A stretch of 64,000 bases of DNA. Source: Chloroflexota bacterium (GTDB taxonomy: Bacteria; Chloroflexota; Anaerolineae; Anaerolineales; Villigracilaceae). Position numbers and translations under genes: made by a program. Shown one piece after another: positions 10,112-19,309 of the stretch (position 1 is the stretch's first letter; every line of letters starts with the position of its first letter). The notes under the pieces are model-generated. The model was given only the letters and a program-made list of their open reading frames with translations. It had not been told where the DNA came from and did no database searches. The DNA is taken from contig JBDRQK010000014.1 in NCBI GenBank assembly GCA_043826315.1, positions 4,230-68,229 of the forward strand, given 5' to 3'.

Positions 10112-10537
10112 GTGTTGTTAGTTAACAAATGTCTGAATTCTTAAATAATCTTGGATCGCAGCATGGACCATGATATTGTTGCGTTAGCCCTGATGGTTGG
10201 TAGGTCAAAAGTAAGACCTTGTCTGTAATCTCCAAGTTAATGGTTTTGAATAATTGAAGATTACATCATTGGAATCGAAATTCCAAGAAAGAAATTACCA
10301 GATATTTTCATCAATATCGAGTATATACTCTTTTAGTAGTACCAGAATGGAATATGTCGAACACCGAACCATCGTAAGATGGAGATTCAAGTAGGAGAAA
10401 TAACTATGGATGTAGATCTTCCTCAACGATTGTCATTGGAAAATCTAATTGCTGATTAAGATGATATATCTTGGACCATCATCATCCCAAAAAACAAAAA
10501 TTGAAGTAATTAAGATCAAAAGGTAGATACATTATAT

Positions 10538-13090
10538 ATGTCTGCTTCACGTTGGCACTCAAACATCATTGATTTTTTTGACTGGTTAGGCGATCCAGAA
10601 GCCTCACTGGAGGAATTATTTTTGCCATCAATATTAACCCGATTCACGAAGAAGGGTGAAGACACCCCCAAGCTAAATACTTCATCCGAGACACCTGACG
10701 AATCCATTAAATTCCCCGAAAAACTCTCCATTCTTCCTTTGCGCGGAGTAGTTGTTTATCCACAAACTGCAATTCCATTAACTATAGGGCAAGCAAGATC
10801 GATACGTTTAGTGGATGATGCAGCTGGCGGAGATCGTTTAATTGGATTGGTAGCTTCCCGCAATCCAGATACGGAAAACCCGGAACCAGATGACTTATAC
10901 ACAGTTGGAACCATTGCTGTCATTCACAGACTGTTCCGAGCACCTGATGACACGATACGACTTTTGGTTCAAGGTTTGGTTCGTTTTAAATTGGGTGAAA
11001 TTGTCCAAAGAGAACCTTACTATAAGGCAACGATCCAATTGTTTCCCGAGGATGTAGAAACAGGACTTGAGATTGATGCATTGGCTAGAAATGCGAGGGA
11101 TCAATTTGCACAAATTGCAGAGATCAATCAATCTATTCCACGAGAATTGGCTTCTTCCATAATAATACTTGAAGATCCATTACAAACGGTATACACGATC
11201 GCCAATTTTCAGCGAATTGAACTCGAGGATGCCCAGGAATTATTGGAATTGAATTCTGCAAAAGGAAAGCTCCATAAACTAATCGGATTTCTGGTTCGAG
11301 AAAGTGAGGTTTTACATCTGGGGCAAAAAATTCAGAATCAAGCCAGGTCCGAGATAGAACAAGTTCAGCGAGAATATTTTTTAAGAGAACAATTAAAAGC
11401 GATTCAGAAAGAACTGGGCGATCATGACGTACAAGCAGTTGAAATTGAGGAATTCAGACAGAAAATTGATGCTGCGGAGATGCCTGAAGAAGCTGCAAAG
11501 CAAGCACGCCGAGAACTCGATCGACTCTCTCGTTTGCCAACAGCAGCAGCGGAATATGGTGTGATCCGTACTTATTTGGATTGGCTGGTGTCTCTTCCCT
11601 GGTCAAATGTCAAAGCAGACAGCTTGGACATAGCATATGCTCGGAAAATTCTTGACGATGATCACTATGGATTGGTTGATGTTAAACAAAGGGTTCTTGA
11701 ATATCTTGCAATTCGGAAATTAAGAATAGAACGAAAAAACAATTCGAGTAATGGATATAAAGATAAGATACGCCATGAGCGTGAAGGAGTGATCCTTTGT
11801 TTTGTTGGACCACCTGGAGTAGGAAAAACCTCTCTTGGGCAATCCATTGCAAGAGCGATGGGAAGAAAATTTGTTCGTATATCACTCGGTGGCGTTCGTG
11901 ATGAAGCTGAAATACGAGGTCACAGGCGAACCTATATTGGGGCAATGCCTGGAAGAATACTACAAGCACTTAGAAGAATTGAATCAAAGAATCCAGTTTT
12001 CATGTTGGATGAAATTGATAAACTTGTTTTTGATAACCATGGCGATCCAGCTTCTGCGTTGTTGGAAGTACTTGACCCAGAGCAGAATAACGAATTCAGG
12101 GATAATTATCTAGAAGTGGCGTATGACCTGTCCCAGGTGATGTTTATTACTACAGCAAACCAGCTTGGAACGATTCCTTCACCTCTACTTGATCGGATGG
12201 AAGTCATCCGGCTTTCAGGATATACTGAGCGCGAGAAGATTGCGATAGCCAAACAATACCTTGTTCCACGCCAGATCAAGGAAAATGGTTTACACAAGCC
12301 AGAAATAAAATTCCTGGTTGAAGCTTTAAGAACAATAATTGAATTGTATACCCGTGAAGCAGGTGTGCGAAACCTGGAACGGCAAATTGGAACAGTTTGC
12401 CGTAAGATCGGGATGAAAATCGCAGAAAATTTGGAAGTTAGCCCACGCATTACAAGTGATACAGCCAAGAGTTTTCTGGGCAATCCCATTTTTGTTGAAC
12501 CGGAAGAAATAGACGCACGCACATCTATTCCAGGAGTCGCTGCTGGACTGGCATGGACACCTTTTGGTGGAGATGTATTGTTTATTGAAGCTACAAAAAT
12601 GCCCGGCAATAAAGGTTTTCAATTAACAGGATCTCTAGGGAATGTGATGCAGGAGTCCGCAAAGGCAGCGTTATCCTATGTTCGAGCCCATGCAACTGAA
12701 ATTGGTCTTTCAGAAGATTTCTTTGAGAAAACAGATATCCATATGCATATTCCTTCTGGAGCGCAACCGAAAGATGGTCCTTCTGCCGGTGTAACTATGG
12801 CTATGGCTTTGGTTTCTCTTTTAACTGGTCGGTCAATAAAAAAAAGAGTAGGAATGACAGGAGAGATCACTTTAAGAGGTCAGGTTTTAGCAGTTGGAGG
12901 AATTAAAGAAAAAATGCTTGCTGCTCATAGAGCTGGCTTAAGGACTGTGATCCTTCCTAAACGTAATGAATTGGATATCAATGAAATTCCTGATGAAATT
13001 AAGAAATCATTAAAATTTATTTTTGTGGAAACTGTTAATGAGGTTTTAGAGAATGCAATAGATTTAGAATTAAAAAGGATCACTGAGTAA
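10538..13090 (+). CDS. lon: ATP-dependent Lon protease
   Basis: 850 aa with a Lon N-domain (LPLRGVVVYPQT), Walker A GPPGVGKTS, Walker B FMLDEIDK, and protease motif PKDGPSAGVTMA with the catalytic Ser. About 60 aa precede the usual Lon N-terminus, so the start is uncertain. Confidence 0.95.
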   Translation: MSASRWHSNIIDFFDWLGDPEASLEELFLPSILTRFTKKGEDTPKLNTSSETPDESIKFPEKLSILPLRGVVVYPQTAIPLTIGQARSIRLVDDAAGGDRLIGLVASRNPDTENPEPDDLYTVGTIAVIHRLFRAPDDTIRLLVQGLVRFKLGEIVQREPYYKATIQLFPEDVETGLEIDALARNARDQFAQIAEINQSIPRELASSIIILEDPLQTVYTIANFQRIELEDAQELLELNSAKGKLHKLIGFLVRESEVLHLGQKIQNQARSEIEQVQREYFLREQLKAIQKELGDHDVQAVEIEEFRQKIDAAEMPEEAAKQARRELDRLSRLPTAAAEYGVIRTYLDWLVSLPWSNVKADSLDIAYARKILDDDHYGLVDVKQRVLEYLAIRKLRIERKNNSSNGYKDKIRHEREGVILCFVGPPGVGKTSLGQSIARAMGRKFVRISLGGVRDEAEIRGHRRTYIGAMPGRILQALRRIESKNPVFMLDEIDKLVFDNHGDPASALLEVLDPEQNNEFRDNYLEVAYDLSQVMFITTANQLGTIPSPLLDRMEVIRLSGYTEREKIAIAKQYLVPRQIKENGLHKPEIKFLVEALRTIIELYTREAGVRNLERQIGTVCRKIGMKIAENLEVSPRITSDTAKSFLGNPIFVEPEEIDARTSIPGVAAGLAWTPFGGDVLFIEATKMPGNKGFQLTGSLGNVMQESAKAALSYVRAHATEIGLSEDFFEKTDIHMHIPSGAQPKDGPSAGVTMAMALVSLLTGRSIKKRVGMTGEITLRGQVLAVGGIKEKMLAAHRAGLRTVILPKRNELDINEIPDEIKKSLKFIFVETVNEVLENAIDLELKRITE

Positions 13091-13115
13091 AGAAGTGGAA
13101 AAAACTGTTCAGAGG

Positions 13116-13478
13116 ATGATTAAAATATTAATAATCGAGGATGATACAACCATGATATCTCTCCTTGGGATACTTCTTGATTTGGAAGGATATCATCCAG
13201 TTAACATTTCTTTAGACGACCAGGATATTTTTCAAGTTATGCAGGAAGAGCTGCCCGACTTGATTTTACTTGACGTTCATCTTGGTCAACAGAACGGACT
13301 TGAAGTAGTTAAGAGACTCAAGGAAATACAAGCTTTAAGTTTTATCAAGGTGATTATGACTTCAGGATTGGATCTGGGCGAGAAATGCAAAAACGCTGGG
13401 GCTGATGATTTTATTCAAAAGCCATACATGCCCGATGAGCTTTTGGAAAAAATTAAGTGTTTAATTCCCAAAAAATGA
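13116..13478 (+). CDS. Single-domain response regulator (CheY-like receiver)
   Basis: IIEDD, LILLDVHLG, IMTSG and QKPY receiver motifs, with no output domain. I chose ATG 13116; the ORF-track GTG at 13095 lies only 4 nt after the lon stop. Confidence 0.8.
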   Translation: MIKILIIEDDTTMISLLGILLDLEGYHPVNISLDDQDIFQVMQEELPDLILLDVHLGQQNGLEVVKRLKEIQALSFIKVIMTSGLDLGEKCKNAGADDFIQKPYMPDELLEKIKCLIPKK

Positions 13479-13915
13479 ATATGAAAAATACACGGATTGA
13501 TATTAGAGAGGCACAAATCCCGGATGATTACCAAGGGATTATTAGTTTGTGGCAATCCGCTGGACCAGGTATTCACATTACTAAATCTGATAGTTTGGAA
13601 GAGATAAATAAAAAGCAATTGCGAGATCCAGATCTGTTCTTGGTCGCTGATTTTGATGGTGAGGTGATTGGCACAATTTTAGGAGGATTTGATGGTAGGC
13701 GGGGCATTGTCTATCATCTGGCGGTATCCGAATCTCATCGAAAGCAGGGAGTAGGGGAATCCTTGATGAATGAACTAGAAGTTCGATTGAGACGTAAGGG
13801 TTGTATTAGATGCTACCTGCTGGTTACTTTGGATAGTCAGAAAAATGTGGATTTTTATTTAAAAAGAGGTTGGGAAAAAATGGAGTTGTTAATCATGGCT
13901 AAGGATATTGGTTAA
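13475..13915 (+). CDS. GNAT-family N-acetyltransferase
   Basis: Acetyl-CoA binding motif HRKQGVGESLMNELE. The ATG at 13475 overlaps the receiver TGA stop (ATGA). Confidence 0.8.
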   Translation: MNMKNTRIDIREAQIPDDYQGIISLWQSAGPGIHITKSDSLEEINKKQLRDPDLFLVADFDGEVIGTILGGFDGRRGIVYHLAVSESHRKQGVGESLMNELEVRLRRKGCIRCYLLVTLDSQKNVDFYLKRGWEKMELLIMAKDIG

Positions 13916-13916
13916 T

Positions 13917-14411
13917 ATGTCATTACGTTTTGGAATCTTGACTGCTTCTGATCGATCTTCAAAAGGGGAACGACAAGATCAGACTAGCCCCGCTTTAGAG
14001 GCTGTAATTAAATCTGAAAATTGGCAAGTAGTGCGCGTAGCCATTGTACCAGACGATCTTCAAGTTATTAAAGATACCTTGATCATATGGATTGAAGAAG
14101 GTGGCTTGGATGTTATATTAACTACCGGTGGTACTGGATTTTCACCTAGAGATAATACACCTGAAGCAACGCTAGAGGTGGTTGAGAGACTTGCGCCAGG
14201 AATGGCGGAAGCAATGCGGAATTATAGTATGCAATTAACACCGCACGCCATGTTGTCAAGAGGAGTGGCAGGTATTCGCAAAGATGTTCTAATAATCAAC
14301 ATTCCAGGAAGTCCAAAAGCAGCAATAGAGAACTTCAAAGTGATTCAGCCTGTTTTAGCTCATGCTGTTGAGTTGTTGAAAAATGATCCGGAATCTGAAA
14401 AGCACCATTAA
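13917..14411 (+). CDS. mog: Molybdenum cofactor biosynthesis protein MogA/MoaB family
   Basis: ILTASDRSSKGERQD, TTGGTGFSPRDNTPEAT and PGSPKA motifs. ATG 13917 is preferred to the ORF-track TTG at 13908. Confidence 0.85.
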   Translation: MSLRFGILTASDRSSKGERQDQTSPALEAVIKSENWQVVRVAIVPDDLQVIKDTLIIWIEEGGLDVILTTGGTGFSPRDNTPEATLEVVERLAPGMAEAMRNYSMQLTPHAMLSRGVAGIRKDVLIINIPGSPKAAIENFKVIQPVLAHAVELLKNDPESEKHH

Positions 14412-14508
14412 AAAGTAACACAGGATTCTAAAGTATATAGAAACGATTATTTATCTTATTAGAAGTATAATTACAGGGAAAAAAACATTAATGAGAATGT
14501 GAGGAAGT

Positions 14509-15066
14509 ATGATTGATGTAAATGATCTTCGTAAAGGTGTAACATTTGAATTAGATGGTTCGCTTTTTAAAGTATTGGATTATAACCATAACAAATCAGG
14601 TCGTGGTAATGCATCTATCAAGATTAAGGCAAGAAACCTTAGGACTGGTGCAACATTGGAAAAAACTTTTATTTCTGGCAATCAGGTTCAGGAAGCCCGT
14701 CTTGATTTTCATAATGTTCAGTTCTTGTATTCAGATAGTGATTTTTATTATTTCATGGATAATGAAACCTATGAGCAACCAGGAATTAAGGCAGACTTAT
14801 TAGGTGATACAGCTCTGTATTTGGTTGAAGGCATGGAAGTTAAATTAACATATTATGACGGTGAAGCGATTGATATTGAAATTCCTACATCTGTAGATTT
14901 GAAAGTCGAGTTCGCAGAAGCTTCAGTCAGAGGTGATACAGCAACAGGAGTTACAAAAAAAGTAAAAACAACAAACGGTCTTGAGGTCCAGTGCCCTAAC
15001 TTTATTAATGTGGGTGATACGATTCGCGTAGATACCCGTACTGGTGCATATCTAACACGAGCCTGA
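14509..15066 (+). CDS. efp: Elongation factor P
   Basis: 185 aa, starting MIDVNDLRKGVTFELDGSLFKVLDYNHNKSGRGNASIKIKARNLRTG. Typical EF-P including the KPG-loop equivalent. Confidence 0.95.
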   Translation: MIDVNDLRKGVTFELDGSLFKVLDYNHNKSGRGNASIKIKARNLRTGATLEKTFISGNQVQEARLDFHNVQFLYSDSDFYYFMDNETYEQPGIKADLLGDTALYLVEGMEVKLTYYDGEAIDIEIPTSVDLKVEFAEASVRGDTATGVTKKVKTTNGLEVQCPNFINVGDTIRVDTRTGAYLTRA

Positions 15067-15152
15067 GAAAAGATTTTTTCCTCATAATGTGATAGTGAAT
15101 AGGCCGAAAAGGACGGTTCTATTCTCTTTTATTTAATATGAAAGGATTTTGA

Positions 15153-15482
15153 ATGCGTACACCATCCGGTATTGAGTGTGATTATTTTTATGGAGATTAT
15201 TATCGTGGACGGAAAAACGAGGAGTGCAGATTATTAAGGGAGTATTCACTACAATGGCAGCTAGGCCTTTGCAAGACTTGTCCTGTCCCGTCAATTCTGC
15301 GTGCAAATGCTTGTGAATTCATAAGTTTGACTCCGAAAATTGCAAGACCAGCGATTACATTTTTTCAACAGCGTGTTAAAGTAGATTCTTTTTGCAATAA
15401 AACAAAGCAGATTGTTTCTGAACCTCATATAGGTTGTGGTGAATGTCATCCCAACCTTTCGAAAATTGAAGTTAATAAATGA
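15153..15482 (+). CDS. Cys-rich hypothetical protein (8 Cys, including CKTC and CGEC pairs)
   Basis: 109-aa ORF whose stop overlaps the next start (ATGA). No family recognised. Confidence 0.5.
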   Translation: MRTPSGIECDYFYGDYYRGRKNEECRLLREYSLQWQLGLCKTCPVPSILRANACEFISLTPKIARPAITFFQQRVKVDSFCNKTKQIVSEPHIGCGECHPNLSKIEVNK

Positions 15483-16681
15483 CATTAACCCTCTTACTTG
15501 ACCTTGATGATACTCTCCTAGATTCAAATATGGAGAATTTTATTCCTGCATATTTTCAAGCGTTATCAAGTTCCCTAAATGATATAGTATCACCAGATAT
15601 AATGTTCCAAGCGCTCATAGGTGGGACAAAAAGAATGATGGAAAATAAAGACCCGCAGCATTTCTTATCTGAAGTATTTGAAGAATATTTTTATCCAAAA
15701 ATTGGTATCGAAAAGAAAGTTCTTTTTCCAAGGATCAACAAATTTTATGATGATATTTTTCCAGACCTACAGTACTTGACAAAACAACGTCAAGATTCGA
15801 TTGATTTTGTTAATTGGGCAATTAAAGAAGATATCAAAATTGTCATCGCTACCAATCCGCTATTTCCTTTAAAAGCAATTTATCACAGGCTCCGTTGGGC
15901 AGGTTTGGATCCTAAAGATTACCCCTTTGCGATGGTTACAACTTATGAGAATTCCCATTTTACAAAAGAAAATATTTCATATTTCCCTGAAATACTCGGG
16001 AAATTAGGTTGGCCAGATGGGTCTGTAGTAATGGTTGGAAACGATATAAAAATGGATATTGAACCAGCCATGGCTGCTGGCTTACCAGTATTTTGGATAA
16101 ATAATGAAGTCGGAGGGGCTAAAGAGCGGCATGAAATACCTCAAGGACGAATGGATGACTTACGTTCCTGGTTGGAAGGATCCGCAATTGAATCGCTTCT
16201 ATATTCATCGCAAAAGCCTACTGCTTTGATTGCTGCAATACGTTCGATTCCAGCAATATTAGAAACCTTTTTTTCAGATCTCGATGAAGAAAAAATGAAT
16301 TATCGTACAAACAAAGGTGATTGGTCAATAAAAGAGGTGATTTGTCATCTTAGAGATGTAGAGATTGAGGTTAATCTGCCGCGTATCCAAAAGATATTAA
16401 GTCTGGATAACACGTTTGTTAAAGGTGTTAATACAGATCCTTGGGTAAATGAAAGAAATTATTCAGGGCAAAATGTAGAAGATGCCTTCAAGAGATATAT
16501 CAAGACTAGATTAGAGACATTATGCTATTTGGATAATAACAAGTTAAGGTGGGATACACCTGTGCGTCATTCTTTTTTTGGATCAAGCACATTACATGAG
16601 CTTGTATCTGTGATGGTCGAACATGATAAAGCTCACATCCAACAAATCCATCGTTTAATAAACCACTCTCACGAGAATTGA
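15479..16681 (+). CDS. HAD-superfamily hydrolase fused to a DinB/YfiT-like C-terminal domain
   Basis: N-terminal HAD motif I LLLDLDDTLLD and motif IV-like MVGNDIKMD. The C-terminal part has the His-containing pattern ICHLRDVE ... MVEHDKAHIQQI typical of DinB-like four-helix bundles. Confidence 0.7.
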   Translation: MTLTLLLDLDDTLLDSNMENFIPAYFQALSSSLNDIVSPDIMFQALIGGTKRMMENKDPQHFLSEVFEEYFYPKIGIEKKVLFPRINKFYDDIFPDLQYLTKQRQDSIDFVNWAIKEDIKIVIATNPLFPLKAIYHRLRWAGLDPKDYPFAMVTTYENSHFTKENISYFPEILGKLGWPDGSVVMVGNDIKMDIEPAMAAGLPVFWINNEVGGAKERHEIPQGRMDDLRSWLEGSAIESLLYSSQKPTALIAAIRSIPAILETFFSDLDEEKMNYRTNKGDWSIKEVICHLRDVEIEVNLPRIQKILSLDNTFVKGVNTDPWVNERNYSGQNVEDAFKRYIKTRLETLCYLDNNKLRWDTPVRHSFFGSSTLHELVSVMVEHDKAHIQQIHRLINHSHEN

Positions 16682-16712
16682 CCCTGCGCATCCCTTTCAA
16701 TCGGGTTGTGTT

Positions 16713-16747
16713 ATAACGTCAAAGAATCACATTGACGTTATTTTTTG
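16713..16747 (+). terminator. Rho-independent terminator after the HAD-DinB gene
   Basis: 10-bp perfect stem ATAACGTCAA / TTGACGTTAT, 9-nt loop, followed by TTTTTT. Confidence 0.55.
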
Positions 16748-16760
16748 GAGGATCAAATTT

Positions 16761-18002
16761 ATGACTATTAGGGTAGTTGTCACAGGTCTTGGGTGTATTA
16801 GTCCTTTGGGTAATAGTTGGCCGATTACTTGGAAGAAACTTATTGCTGGAAATTCCGGCGTATCGAATATCACACGGTTTGACGCAAGCAATTATAAGAC
16901 TCGTATTGCTGCCGAAGTAAAGGATTTTGATCCGGTTAGTCTTTTCGGAATTAAAGAAAGTCGAAGAATGGATCGTTTTACTCAATTAGCAATGGCTTCT
17001 TCATTGGAAGCAGTTGAATACTCCGGCATAAAAATTACAGATAGTAATCGGGATAGAGTTGGTGTTGTAATTGGGACAGGAATTGGTGGTATAGGGACAC
17101 TTCTAGAGCAACAGGCTGTCCTCGATACCAGGGGACCCGATAGGATCAGCCCTTTCTTGGTACCGATGATGTTGGCTGATACAGGTCCGGGCATGGTGGC
17201 ATTAAACCTGGGCGTGCGCGGACCAAATATGGCTATTGTCACTGCCTGTGCGACTGGAACAAATGTTATTGGTGAGGCATCAGAGATGATTAAACGGGGC
17301 TCAGCAGATGTGATAATTGCTGGTGGTTCGGAATCTTCAATTATACCAATAGCCATTGCTGGAATGGGCTCTATGACTGCATTATCCACGAAGAATGAGG
17401 ATCCCGAACGTGCTTCAAGACCGTTTGATCTTAACCGAGATGGTTTCGTAATGGGCGAAGGGGCTGCAATATTGATTCTTGAATCTCTTGAATCTGCACT
17501 CTCTCGAAATGCCAACATCCTGGCAGAATTAGGAGGATATGGGACATCTGATGATGCCTATCATATTTCCTCACCAGCAGAAAATGGAGCTGGGGCAGCA
17601 TTGTGCATGTCGTTGGCATTACAAAGTGCAAAGTTAGGAAAAAATGATATTGATTATATTAATGCTCATGGAACAAGCACATTTCTGAACGACAAAAGTG
17701 AGACTGCAGCAATAAAAACAGTTTTTGGAGAACAAGCCTATAAACTGCAAGTTTCATCAACCAAATCCATGACCGGGCATCTATTGGGTGCTTCAGGAGC
17801 ACTGGAAGCAGCGATATCGGTTCAAGCAATCAAAGATGGGATAATTCCACCTACAATAAATTATGAAACCCCTGACCCAGAATGTGATCTTGATTATGTG
17901 CCGAATTATGCCCGTAAATTTGACCTTTCACATGTCATGTCTAATTCTTTTGGATTCGGTGGACATAATGCTACCATTATCGTAAATAAATATGCAGGTT
18001 AA
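16761..18002 (+). CDS. fabF: Beta-ketoacyl-ACP synthase II
   Basis: 413 aa. Active-site Cys in VTACATG, His motifs NAHGTST and GHLLGASG, and C-terminal NSFGFGGHN. Confidence 0.95.
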   Translation: MTIRVVVTGLGCISPLGNSWPITWKKLIAGNSGVSNITRFDASNYKTRIAAEVKDFDPVSLFGIKESRRMDRFTQLAMASSLEAVEYSGIKITDSNRDRVGVVIGTGIGGIGTLLEQQAVLDTRGPDRISPFLVPMMLADTGPGMVALNLGVRGPNMAIVTACATGTNVIGEASEMIKRGSADVIIAGGSESSIIPIAIAGMGSMTALSTKNEDPERASRPFDLNRDGFVMGEGAAILILESLESALSRNANILAELGGYGTSDDAYHISSPAENGAGAALCMSLALQSAKLGKNDIDYINAHGTSTFLNDKSETAAIKTVFGEQAYKLQVSSTKSMTGHLLGASGALEAAISVQAIKDGIIPPTINYETPDPECDLDYVPNYARKFDLSHVMSNSFGFGGHNATIIVNKYAG

Positions 18003-18049
18003 TTGAGATTGTTGTAATAATTATTAAAGAAAACCATAGAGGTGTTACC

Positions 18050-19156
18050 ATGCCTTTCGCACATATTACTGGTTGGGGAATGGCGGTTCCCGATAAGATC
18101 TTAACAAATAGTGATCTGGAGAAGATAATTGATACAAATGATAAATGGATACTGGAAAGAACTGGGATAAAGGAAAGGCATATAGCCAGGGATGGCCAAA
18201 CAACATCATCCCTTGCCGTGGAAGCTGCTTGGAAAGCGCTTTCAGTTGCCAAACTCAAACCTACTGAATTAGATTTGATAATTTGTGCTACGTCTACTCC
18301 GGAGTATTTTTTCCCTGCTACTGCATGTTTGGTGCAAGATCGAATTGGTGCAACAAAAGCTGGAGCTTTTGATTTGTCTGCTGCTTGCACTGGATTCATA
18401 TATGCAGTAAATATGGCTGCTCAAGCAATAAGAAGCGGGAGTTTAAAGGCGGTGTTGGTTATAGGTGCAGAAACACTTTCTCGATTTGTTGATTGGACGG
18501 ATCGTAATACTTGCATCTTATTTGGAGATGGTGCTGGTGCACTGGTTTTGCAAGCAAGTAATGATCCCGGGGGAGTTTTGTCTACTGTGATGCATTCAGA
18601 TGGATCAGGTGCAAATCTTCTTTCAATACCTGCTGGGGGTAGTAAAATTCCAGCTACCGAAGCAACGATTCGGGCTGGTTTGCATTATATTCAAATGGAT
18701 GGACGCGAAGTATACCGGTTTGCCACTCGGGTTATGGCTCAAGCGACTCGCGAAGTGCTTTCTAATGCTGGAATTCTGATTGGAGATGTAAATTGGATCA
18801 TCCCCCATCAAGCTAACTTGCGGATTATTGAAGCTGCTGCTCGAGGTTTAAAGCTTCCTCTCGAGCGATTTGTTATTAATTTAGATCGATACGGTAATAC
18901 ATCCACAGCTTCTATCCCAATAGCGATCTGTGAAGCTTTTCAAAATGGACGTTTGCAAATTGGAGATAAATTTGTTCTAGTTGGATTTGGAGCAGGTTTA
19001 ACTTGGGGAGCAACAATCGCCCAATGGACTGGTGTGAAGGAGACAGAACATATGATCCGACCAACTTATTTTCGAATGTTTGCTCTTGCTCGATCGTTGT
19101 TGCATCGGTTATGGCTGAGGATTGAGGGTATAATTTGGGGACGGAAGAATCCATAA
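18050..19156 (+). CDS. fabH: Beta-ketoacyl-ACP synthase III with a C-terminal extension of about 45 aa
   Basis: Catalytic Cys in SAACTGF, HQAN and GNTSTAS motifs, and the usual end GFGAGLTWGA. This is followed by the extra sequence TGVKETEHMIRPTYFRMFALARSLLHRLWLRIEGIIWGRKNP. Confidence 0.9.
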   Translation: MPFAHITGWGMAVPDKILTNSDLEKIIDTNDKWILERTGIKERHIARDGQTTSSLAVEAAWKALSVAKLKPTELDLIICATSTPEYFFPATACLVQDRIGATKAGAFDLSAACTGFIYAVNMAAQAIRSGSLKAVLVIGAETLSRFVDWTDRNTCILFGDGAGALVLQASNDPGGVLSTVMHSDGSGANLLSIPAGGSKIPATEATIRAGLHYIQMDGREVYRFATRVMAQATREVLSNAGILIGDVNWIIPHQANLRIIEAAARGLKLPLERFVINLDRYGNTSTASIPIAICEAFQNGRLQIGDKFVLVGFGAGLTWGATIAQWTGVKETEHMIRPTYFRMFALARSLLHRLWLRIEGIIWGRKNP

Positions 19157-19254
19157 CTTAATTTTCAAAGAATGACCAATAAGAGAATTATAATATCCAA
19201 GAATGTATATACGATTATTCTAACCAATGAAAAAATAAGATTAAAACTTGATAA

Positions 19255-19295
19255 AAAATCCCAACCATTTATTGCGGGTGGGATTTTCACTTTAT
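19255..19295 (+). terminator. Terminator-like hairpin downstream of fabH
   Basis: 12-bp stem with one mismatch (AAAATCCCAACC / GGGTGGGATTTT), 9-nt loop, T-rich tail. It ends only about 15 nt before the next start codon. Confidence 0.4.
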
Positions 19296-19309
19296 AAAAG
19301 GAAAGCTAA

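Noticed and set aside
12106-12609. Long antisense ORFs inside well-supported genes. Examples: 12106-12609 in lon, 16982-17518 in fabF, 36852-37358 in the M20 hydrolase, 3168-3449 in ftsH, 55128-55520 in hypE, 60146-60535 in the FTCD gene, and 39563-39880 in mrp.
   Set aside because: Each is fully embedded opposite a gene with clear family motifs. They have low-complexity, Ser/Pro/Arg-rich or otherwise non-protein-like sequence and no motifs. These are typical shadow ORFs.
19124-19137. Identical 14-mer GAGGGTATAATTTG at 19124-19137 (inside the fabH 3' end) and 21011-21024 (upstream of moaC), considered as a repeated promoter or mobile motif.
   Set aside because: Under equal base frequencies, several identical 14-mer pairs are expected by chance in 64 kb, and more in AT-rich DNA. 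The second copy is adequately explained as SD plus start region of moaC.
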